A stretch of DNA of 29,736 bases from Bryobacteraceae bacterium (GTDB taxonomy: Bacteria; Acidobacteriota; Terriglobia; Bryobacterales; Bryobacteraceae). Below, piece after piece: positions 8,539 to 16,240 of this stretch (the stretch's first letter is position 1; every line of letters starts with the position of its first letter). The position numbers were made by a program, and so were the translations under genes. The stretch lies in assembly GCA_049969115.1 (NCBI GenBank), contig JBMFPL010000001.1, positions 1 to 29,736 of the forward strand, in the 5' to 3' direction. The notes under the pieces are model-generated. The model saw only the letters and a list, made by a program, of their open reading frames with translations, did not search any database and was not told the DNA's origin.

Positions 8539-10185
8539 ATGAAAGTACGCTGGTATGTGGCGCTGGCGGTTGTTCTTGGCTTCTACCTGCGCTTTTGTCT
8601 TTCTCAGACCAGAGTGGATCTGGGGCGGCAGGGCAAAAATGTAGATTTTTCCGGGGCCGAAAAAAGCAAGCCGTTCCGGAGCGGCGCAGCACTGCCAGCC
8701 TCTTGTGAGACGGGGGAGGCGTTTTTGCAAACGGGTGAAGGAACCGAGCAGACCCTGTACGTGTGCCCCACTCCGAACAATTGGGTCGCCGTTGGCAAGG
8801 AACTCCCGAGCGATGGGAAAGGACCGGGGAAGGCCCTTTTGGCCGGGGATAGCGGTTTGCAGTGGGCCGAGGCGGCGGGGGACGTTAGCGGGCGGTTCAC
8901 GGAGCTGAGCGTGCGCGCCTTGCGAGGGCGTCCTGTGAGCGACACGGCGCCCAGCGATCGGGAGGTTCTGCGGTGGAACGCTGCTCTCGGCCGGTGGGAA
9001 CCGGCGAGCGGGGCTGGTGATTACCAAGCGGGCGGGGGCGTACTCATTGCCGGGACCAGCATCGCCGTGGACGCGGCCACGGTACCCAACTATTATCTGG
9101 GGACGGGGAATCCCTCCGGGGACTGTGCACCGGGACGAGAGTACTATCTGGACACCGCGGGCGGGCAACTATACTATTGCGCGGCAGCGAACTCGTGGCA
9201 GGCGGTGAGCAAGCGGGAGCACAGCCACAGTTGGGGATCCCTGACCGGGAACCTGACAGACCAGACGGATCTGGTCGCGGCGTTGAACGGCAAAGCGGAC
9301 TTGTCTCACGGCCATGCCGTTGCGGGTGATCTCACGGGCACGGTGAACGCGGCTACGGTGGTGAAGATCCAGGGAAGGCCAGTTGCGGCGAGCGCTCCGA
9401 CGGACGGCGCGGCGCTGGTATGGAACGGCACGAGCCAGCAATGGGAGCCGGGCACTGTTTCGGGCTCCGGGGCGGGATTCGACGCGTTGGACACCCAGGT
9501 GCTGTGGTTACGCGAAGAATTTTGCAGCGGTGGGGGTTCGTCGGGGACCGTGGGGGCGCTCGGATGGGCATACACGACCGCGGGCACAGGAGATACTCTG
9601 ACATTGTCTTACGGAAGTTCTGCCCATCCCTGCGAGCTCAAAGGCATCGGCGTGACCTCGACCGCGGCCAACGATTACCGCTCGCTGTACCTGGCGAACC
9701 CCATGGGCGTGCTCCATTCGGGCGGCAGGACGGTTCCGTGGAAAGCGGTGTTCATTTTCATGCCCAAGGGGGCGGCAACCGAGTTGAGAATGCGCGTCGG
9801 GTTCGGGGGTTATGCGCCGGCGCTGGTTCCTACGGAGTTCATCGGTGTGAGGCTTGACCACGATGCCAACTGGGACGGGTCGTCGGCCACGAACCTGATT
9901 GCCTGTGTCTGCAACGATGCGCTGAAAACTGCCTGCACGGACATTGACACGGGAGTGGCCCTGCAGATTGACACTTACTACAAGCTGACCATGTGGAGCG
10001 ACACAGCCGGAGTGATCAGCATGTCCATCAATGACGGAACGCCGGTGACGTTCACTAACCCGTCCACCTTGCCAAATACGACGAAGACTCTCCAACCGCA
10101 TTTCATCATGGGCCGAACGGGCGGCACGGGGACGCGGTCGCTTTACCTAGATTTCTTTGCTGCCAGGAGGGCGGTGACGCGATGA
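8539..10185 (+). CDS. Secreted fibre-like protein with phage tail-fibre-style repeats and a C-terminal beta-rich head (hypothetical), 548 aa
   Basis: SD CAGGAGG at 8521-8527 and ATG at 8539. Signal-peptide-like N-terminus (MKVRWYVALAVVLGFYLRFCLS|Q). Two internally duplicated modules and two HxH motifs. The CDS is secure; the function is inferred. Confidence 0.75.
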   Translation: MKVRWYVALAVVLGFYLRFCLSQTRVDLGRQGKNVDFSGAEKSKPFRSGAALPASCETGEAFLQTGEGTEQTLYVCPTPNNWVAVGKELPSDGKGPGKALLAGDSGLQWAEAAGDVSGRFTELSVRALRGRPVSDTAPSDREVLRWNAALGRWEPASGAGDYQAGGGVLIAGTSIAVDAATVPNYYLGTGNPSGDCAPGREYYLDTAGGQLYYCAAANSWQAVSKREHSHSWGSLTGNLTDQTDLVAALNGKADLSHGHAVAGDLTGTVNAATVVKIQGRPVAASAPTDGAALVWNGTSQQWEPGTVSGSGAGFDALDTQVLWLREEFCSGGGSSGTVGALGWAYTTAGTGDTLTLSYGSSAHPCELKGIGVTSTAANDYRSLYLANPMGVLHSGGRTVPWKAVFIFMPKGAATELRMRVGFGGYAPALVPTEFIGVRLDHDANWDGSSATNLIACVCNDALKTACTDIDTGVALQIDTYYKLTMWSDTAGVISMSINDGTPVTFTNPSTLPNTTKTLQPHFIMGRTGGTGTRSLYLDFFAARRAVTR

Positions 10186-13100
10186 GCCGATGGTGGACGA
10201 TTTTCTGGCTGGCAGCGCTCGCACAGGGGCAGATGCTTCGCCTGCGGTACGGCGGGCCCCAGTCCTTGTATCACATTACGAGCATATCGGGCGGCTCCCC
10301 CGCAGTGCTCACGGTGAAGAATCATGTCACGTGGCAGCAGCAACACGATTTTGCGAACGGAGATGTGATTTACATCCAGTTCGTCGGGGGCTGTGCGGAA
10401 GCGAACGGGTTCCGGAAAGTAGTCAACTCGAATCAGCAAGGCGGCACGTTTAGCATTACTGATCTGGATGGAACCCCGATCGCCTGCTCCTATCCTTACC
10501 AGAGCGGCTTCGAATCGGGCGTGGTGGGCAAAGTGGGAGAGTACACGCTCCGATCCAGCAGGCCGCGCGTTTTCCTGCCCGGCTCGGGACCGTTGCTAGA
10601 GCGTTCGAAAGACCCCGATGGCAACGGGCCCCAGGTAGCCCCAGTGGTGACGGAGAACGATTACCCGTGGCAAGCGATGGTCGCCAAGTACGCGGCCTAC
10701 ATCACGGAGGGTTGTGACGGCCGCACGCCGTCGTTGTGTCCCAACGAAGAGGCGATGATGGACGCGGGCGACGCGTCGGGCAAGCTGGGCTACGGCGCAC
10801 ACGCGGCAGCTTACATCTGGTTTGCGGACAACTCCAAAACCGGTTACCTGACCCTGGCCCGTTACATGATCAACAACCTCGAGCGCGCGATGTTGCAGAA
10901 TACCTCCGGAGTGCGGCCGGGGTTTGGCTTTCCCTGTGACGTCACCACGAACTCCTGCGGTTGGGGCTCGGGATGCGACTGGCTGTCCATCGGCATGTGG
11001 CATTACAGCCTGGCCTATGACCTGATCAGAGACCAGCTTACCGATGCCGAGCGGCAGGCGTTCGCGAAGAAGATGCTGAACGGGTGGGGCGGAGAGTATG
11101 AGTGTTCGAACCAGCTCACCAGACAGAACGGCTCCGCAAACCTGACGTCCGGGTCGCACGCGGTGACCGGTTCCGGCTTCTCCGTGTACTCTCCGGGTGA
11201 CGGAGTCTATTTCAAGACCTCGATGGCCTGGGGAGCCTTGGGACGGTGGGGGCAGGTGGTCTCGGTCTTGAGCGACAGCGAGATGACGGTGAATTTCATT
11301 ATCGGGACGAGTAAGACCGCAGCTTCCGATGTGACGGCCAGCAATGTGGATCACTACAAGGTGATGCCCTGGAGCGAAACTCGGTGCGGAGCGGCATTTC
11401 TGGCGGGAGGCCAAGGCCTGGCATACAACGTGGGAGGGGCTGTGATCCAGCGAGCGATAACTTACCTGGCGAGCGCCATTGACGCCTCCCAGACGAGGGT
11501 CCAGGTCACGCATGCGGGAGGGTTCCCTGCCCCGCCATTCTACGTACTCGTCGAGAACGAGGTTCTCAATGTGACCGCGGTAAACGGCACCGAGTGGACA
11601 GTAGAGCGGGGCAAACTGTACACGAGCGCGGCACCCCATGCAACGGGCAAAGCGCTGGAATACAGCAGCCAGACCTCGGGCGGCTCGTTTGCACTGGCCG
11701 GGCCGCGGGCACTGGCCGGAGAGTGGTTCCACAACTTGACGGCCCAGAAGGCAGTCGGATATATGGTGACCGCCTTTGTCCTGGCGGGGGACGACCCGAG
11801 AGCTGCCGATTACGCGGAGCGGATCTGGAACTGGTACTACGACACGGTTTACGTAACCAACAAGGAGTACTGGTCGGGGCCCACCCAGGGGGGTCTGCAA
11901 GACCAAGGCTACCAATTAGGGCGGTGGCAGGCCAACCAGATCTGGGCAGGGCTGGTGGGGCGGAACGCGTTCGCGGGCAGCGGCATTGATTTGCTGGAGC
12001 AATACTTCTGGCGCGGGCTTACGACGATCCTTTTGTGGACGCCCCCTAACGGGACCGATCACTGGAGGAGAATGCCGGAAGAAGTAACGACGGGCAATCC
12101 CTACTCAACGAGGAACGTCGGGTGGGCGGCGGCCGCCGCGACCTTATGGCCATCCACGGAGGCCCAGTATGCGCAGTACTGGCTGCGCAACCTCAGCGGC
12201 CTGTTCCCGAACCCTGACGGCGCCCATTCGGTTCTCTATGCGGCGTACAGCCCGGCGAATTCGTCGCAGAGGGATTTCCGGTTGGAACTGCCGCCGTGGT
12301 CGTTCCACATGGATACGGATTTCAATGCGACGGCTTATTACGGGCTGCTGGTGAGCAGGCGTGATTGGAGCGAGACTTCCGGGATGCTGGTGGCGGGGGC
12401 CGGGTGGAACTGGCCGACGGACCACACGGTGGACCAAGGGATGTACTTGCCGGGCGGATACACGATTTTCAAGGGTAGCAAGCTGCTGTTCGGTTGGGAC
12501 AACGCGTATGGCATAGGAGGAGACCTGAACACGAGCCCATGGTTCAGACTTGGAGGCTCACTTAAGAGCATCACTCATCCGCCGTGGACGTCGCTGGCTT
12601 CGGGAGGACAGTACAACCAGATTGACCGCAGGCATGGCGACGGGGTGTACGTGTATGGTCGCGGGAACTTCACGGCATCGTGGCAAGCGGCTTCAAAAGT
12701 CTTGCGGCATCACCGGCATTTCTTGCACGTAAAGAGCGATCCGGAGTATGTGATCATATTCGACGACGCCGCCATGGGCGCGGCCTTGCAGGTAAAGACC
12801 AACCTCAATTACTTCCTGCGGGGAGATACGGCGCAGACGTTCTCGGCGTCATCCGACTATCGTGACATCGTGTTCAAGAAGCCGACCGAACCGGGAGCGA
12901 TGGTTTCGACGAAGCTGCTATTCCCGGACGGGTCGGAGCCAACGATTACTTATACGCAGACATCGTACAGTCACAAGTTGACGGTGGACTGGGGGAGCGT
13001 AGCCTCGGCCCAAATGATCACAATCCACCGTCTGGCTTCCGGGACGGCAGATGCGATGCCTACGGTCGCCCTACTGCAAGGGCTGGACGGGGGTTCGGTG

Positions 13101-14198
13101 GGTTTCGAGGCGCTGGACGGGGCGGATCCGCTGGCGGTGGTTTTCTCGCGCGATGGCATGGACCGGACCGAATGCGCTTTTCGCACCAGTTTCCCGCGGC
13201 GCGGGCGAATTCTGGTCACCGGGCTTGCACCGGGTGAATACCGAGTGTACCGTGATGGCCGGGAAATCAGCACAACTCCCGTGGCGGTAAGTGCGGGGGA
13301 TGGGACCCTTTATCTGGAAGGAGAGGCAGGCAACTACCTGGTGAGTGGAGTTCCGCCAGCCACTCTGGCCGTAGATCCGCTAAGCCTCAGGTTCGAATAC
13401 ACGGTGGGAGGAGAAGCGCCGGGGCCGCAGACATTGCGGGCGACGTGCACCGGCGGCACCTGCACCGTATCGGCGAGCGAGGATTGCTCGTGGCTGGCGG
13501 TGTCGCCGCAGAGCGGCTCGACTCCGGTGGACTTCCGGGTTAGCGTGGATCCACAAGGGTTGCCCAAGGGAAGCTATTCCTGTGCGGTGACGGTGAGCGC
13601 GATCGCCCTGAACAGTCCCCAGCAGGTGGACGTCACGTTGAATGTGGCCGAAGCAGGGGGAGGCACGGGCGGCGAACTATCGGTGGAACTGATCGGAGCT
13701 ACCAGCCGGAGGTTGCTGGTGCGCTACGGCGGACTGTATCTGAAGAGGCAGGATACATGCCGGTTAGAGGTGAGCGACAGTCCGGCCTGGGAGCGGATCC
13801 TGGAATCACTCGAGGATAGTGGAGGGCTGGCGCGGCGAGTGCTGGCGTTGGGCGCGGCAGGAACGTTGCAGCCGGCGACGGGCTACTATGTGCGCGCCGT
13901 TTGCGGGTCGAACGCCAGTGCAATCCCAGCGGCCACCAAGCCCGAGGCTACAGCGCAAGCCCGTCGGGTCGCTTTCCTCCTATCGCCGCCAGCGAAACTG
14001 GGGGCGCAATGGCTGCGCCTAGAATACGGTTACGGGCCTGAGCTGGGGCAATTGGTCACGCAGTCCTGCAATTCAGAGGGCTGCGCCATGGAAGTGGAAG
14101 TCGACTCCGACCAGCTCCTCTACTTCCGCTACGCGTACTTGGATGGCTCAGGACGGGAACTGGCGCACAGTGACGTGAAAGCGGTCGCCGTGCCGTGA
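10182..14198 (+). CDS. Large secreted mosaic protein: heparinase II/III-like (polysaccharide lyase-like) scaffold, inserted beta modules, BACON-like domain and C-terminal domains, 1338 aa
   Basis: SD CAGGAGG and ATGA overlap with the upstream stop. Signal-peptide-like N-terminus. 'SLAYDLIRDQLTDAERQAF', 'YGLLVSRRDW', 'DH..D.G..GYTIFKG' and 'HRHFLHVKSDPEYVIIFD' resemble heparinase II/III-type proteins. 'LAVDPLSLRF...SWLAVSPQSGSTP...VSVDPQGL..GSY...VTV' (13365-13646) is BACON-like. Confidence 0.7.
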   Translation: MSRWWTIFWLAALAQGQMLRLRYGGPQSLYHITSISGGSPAVLTVKNHVTWQQQHDFANGDVIYIQFVGGCAEANGFRKVVNSNQQGGTFSITDLDGTPIACSYPYQSGFESGVVGKVGEYTLRSSRPRVFLPGSGPLLERSKDPDGNGPQVAPVVTENDYPWQAMVAKYAAYITEGCDGRTPSLCPNEEAMMDAGDASGKLGYGAHAAAYIWFADNSKTGYLTLARYMINNLERAMLQNTSGVRPGFGFPCDVTTNSCGWGSGCDWLSIGMWHYSLAYDLIRDQLTDAERQAFAKKMLNGWGGEYECSNQLTRQNGSANLTSGSHAVTGSGFSVYSPGDGVYFKTSMAWGALGRWGQVVSVLSDSEMTVNFIIGTSKTAASDVTASNVDHYKVMPWSETRCGAAFLAGGQGLAYNVGGAVIQRAITYLASAIDASQTRVQVTHAGGFPAPPFYVLVENEVLNVTAVNGTEWTVERGKLYTSAAPHATGKALEYSSQTSGGSFALAGPRALAGEWFHNLTAQKAVGYMVTAFVLAGDDPRAADYAERIWNWYYDTVYVTNKEYWSGPTQGGLQDQGYQLGRWQANQIWAGLVGRNAFAGSGIDLLEQYFWRGLTTILLWTPPNGTDHWRRMPEEVTTGNPYSTRNVGWAAAAATLWPSTEAQYAQYWLRNLSGLFPNPDGAHSVLYAAYSPANSSQRDFRLELPPWSFHMDTDFNATAYYGLLVSRRDWSETSGMLVAGAGWNWPTDHTVDQGMYLPGGYTIFKGSKLLFGWDNAYGIGGDLNTSPWFRLGGSLKSITHPPWTSLASGGQYNQIDRRHGDGVYVYGRGNFTASWQAASKVLRHHRHFLHVKSDPEYVIIFDDAAMGAALQVKTNLNYFLRGDTAQTFSASSDYRDIVFKKPTEPGAMVSTKLLFPDGSEPTITYTQTSYSHKLTVDWGSVASAQMITIHRLASGTADAMPTVALLQGLDGGSVGFEALDGADPLAVVFSRDGMDRTECAFRTSFPRRGRILVTGLAPGEYRVYRDGREISTTPVAVSAGDGTLYLEGEAGNYLVSGVPPATLAVDPLSLRFEYTVGGEAPGPQTLRATCTGGTCTVSASEDCSWLAVSPQSGSTPVDFRVSVDPQGLPKGSYSCAVTVSAIALNSPQQVDVTLNVAEAGGGTGGELSVELIGATSRRLLVRYGGLYLKRQDTCRLEVSDSPAWERILESLEDSGGLARRVLALGAAGTLQPATGYYVRAVCGSNASAIPAATKPEATAQARRVAFLLSPPAKLGAQWLRLEYGYGPELGQLVTQSCNSEGCAMEVEVDSDQLLYFRYAYLDGSGRELAHSDVKAVAVP

Positions 14199-14277
14199 GC
14201 CCGGAGGCGGCTTGAGCGCGCGGGTAGCTCCGAGGTAGAACGCGGGACCTTGTTGCATGCCGGCTGGCGATGCCCTG

Positions 14278-14982
14278 CTATTTCTTGCCGCGGCGGACGC
14301 ACCCCGGGAACGTTTTCTCGAGCTTGTGAACCTTGGGCGCGGATTGGGTGAGAATATAGGGGTTGGCTGGGTTACGCCGGGCGAAGTCCTGGTGGTAGTC
14401 CTCGGCGGGATAGAAGCCCTTCAGAGGCTCCAGGCGGGTGACGATAGGGCGGGAGAAGACCCGCGCCTGCTGAAGCTGGCGGATGTAGGCCTCGGCGACA
14501 CGGCGCTCTTCTTCGCTGGCGTAGAAAATCGCCGACCGGTACTGCGGCCCGTTGTCAGGTCCCTGGCGGTTCAATTGGGTAGGATCGTGGGCGACAGCGA
14601 AGAAGATTTTCAGCAACTGGCCGTAGGAAATTTTGCGCGGGTCATAAGTGATGCGCACTGCCTCGGCGTGCCCGGTTGTACCCGTGCTGACCAGATCGTA
14701 GCGGGCTGTGCGCTCGTCTCCGCCGGCGTAGCCTGCGACAACATCGAGCACGCCTTCCACCTGCTCGAAAACTGCCTCGACGCACCAGAAACAACCGCCG
14801 GCCAGGACGGCGGTGCGTGACGAAGCGCGGACGGGGGCCGGCAAGTCTTCCGACGGGTCAGGGAAAGCGGCGCTGTTGGCGCCGGTTTTGACCGGTTGCG
14901 TGACGGGTGAATTGGTCGCATTCATGGCAAGGACACCGAGCACCAGAAGCGCCGCAGGAAGGAAGTCGGCAGCTTTTTTCAT
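14278..14982 (-). CDS. msrA: Peptide-methionine (S)-S-oxide reductase with N-terminal export signal
   Basis: '[11 protein letters not shown]', 'GYAGG', '[13 protein letters not shown]', '[22 protein letters not shown]' and 'FYPAEDYHQ'. Hydrophobic N-terminus followed by a Pro/Thr linker. Confidence 0.95.
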   Translation of the reverse strand: MKKAADFLPAALLVLGVLAMNATNSPVTQPVKTGANSAAFPDPSEDLPAPVRASSRTAVLAGGCFWCVEAVFEQVEGVLDVVAGYAGGDERTARYDLVSTGTTGHAEAVRITYDPRKISYGQLLKIFFAVAHDPTQLNRQGPDNGPQYRSAIFYASEEERRVAEAYIRQLQQARVFSRPIVTRLEPLKGFYPAEDYHQDFARRNPANPYILTQSAPKVHKLEKTFPGCVRRGKK

Positions 14983-15018
14983 CCACCAGATGAGATGAGC
15001 GAGGGGGAGGTCCGGTCG

Positions 15019-16107
15019 CTAACGAGGGGGCGCGGAGCTGGGCGGGACCACATCGTCCACCGGAGGTTCGGGTTCTTCCTCCTCCGGGTTGTCGTCCGGG
15101 CGAGAAAACACGATCTCCCAGGCGGAGATGCCGTGCAAGTAAAAGCGCGCCACGTGGCTGGCCAGACTGTCTGTCTCACCTTCCAGCAGACCGACGACCT
15201 GGGGATAGTAACCAGGTGGACGATCCATGATTTTCGTGGGCGTAGACCAGCCCAGGGGATCGGAAACGTCCGGGTTAAAGCTCACATAGACACCGGCGGC
15301 AGGCCAACCGGGTTCGCAGCAGGCATGGTTGAGCAGGACCACATAGCTTTCCAGATACGAGTTCCAGTGAATGGAAGGTCCCCAAAAAGCGTTGGCATGG
15401 GCTTGCTGCCAAGGGGTGGCGACGGGGAAGATCGGGGTGAGCCGGCCACCCAAGCCCGGTTCGGACCAGTCGCCGCGGAAGTATTTCCAGACGGCCCCGA
15501 CGGGATTCTTGCGGTCCTCGAACGCCATGCGCGCCAGACCGATACCCTGCGAAGAGGCCTCGCCGCCATAGTTGCCGAACAGGAAATAGAAAAACTGACG
15601 GTCGCGGTCCACAATCACGGAGAAATCCCCGTGGCCGCCGGCGAAAAAGCCGTTGCGCGCCGAGCAATCGGGCGGGTCGGGCGAGGTGAGAATGAGGCCC
15701 AAATCCTGGAAGCTGTGGCCGCCGTCGTAGGAGACCAGGGCGCCGATGTGGGGCATGACGAGGTCGGTACCGGTGCAGACACGGGGCTGCTCGTAATGGT
15801 ACCAGGCATACACGGTCCCGTCATCGTCCACCCAGGCGGCCTCGATCCACATGGGAAAGTGTAGGTCAGAATCCACGCGGACCGCCTCCGAACTGACGGG
15901 CGCGAACTGGTTCACGCCCCAGCTCAGCACCGGAGCGCCTGCGGAGTTGAAGACGTGAAACTGACCGTCCCGCCAGAAGACCGGGCTATTGGAATCCACC
16001 TGGGCGGGCATCCAGACGGAAGGCGCTGGGCGGAGGCGGGCGGACTGCCCCAGGACGGTCAAAGAAAACGCCAGCACCGACAGCGATTGGATCCAAAGCC
16101 GCTTCAC
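15019..16107 (-). CDS. Secreted hypothetical protein, possible five-bladed beta-propeller glycosidase-like fold
   Basis: SD GAGGGGAG, signal peptide (..LTVLG|Q) and repeated aromatic beta strands ('WIEAAW', 'VYAWYHYE', 'GDFSVIVD', 'FWGPSIHWN'). Acidic/Pro-rich tail. The fold is inferred. Confidence 0.6.
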   Translation of the reverse strand: MKRLWIQSLSVLAFSLTVLGQSARLRPAPSVWMPAQVDSNSPVFWRDGQFHVFNSAGAPVLSWGVNQFAPVSSEAVRVDSDLHFPMWIEAAWVDDDGTVYAWYHYEQPRVCTGTDLVMPHIGALVSYDGGHSFQDLGLILTSPDPPDCSARNGFFAGGHGDFSVIVDRDRQFFYFLFGNYGGEASSQGIGLARMAFEDRKNPVGAVWKYFRGDWSEPGLGGRLTPIFPVATPWQQAHANAFWGPSIHWNSYLESYVVLLNHACCEPGWPAAGVYVSFNPDVSDPLGWSTPTKIMDRPPGYYPQVVGLLEGETDSLASHVARFYLHGISAWEIVFSRPDDNPEEEEPEPPVDDVVPPSSAPPR

Positions 16108-16240
16108 TTTAGCACGCTCCCCTCGTAGTTAAAAACCGCACCATCTCGATGATGTTGCGTTTTTCGCCGGCGTTTCGGCTTCTTTTGCCATCTTTGCGGT
16201 AAGGCGCACTCCCCAGCAAGGCGGTTCCAAGGGATTCGCC

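Noticed and set aside
10596-11915. 439-aa antisense ORF inside the 1338-aa gene
   Set aside because: It has no recognisable motifs and is explained by codon bias of the sense gene.
8539-14198. Prophage or tailocin/contractile injection system
   Set aside because: Phage-like motifs occur only as modules inside two signal-peptide proteins. There are no capsid, portal, terminase, sheath, tube, baseplate, lysis or integrase genes in the window.
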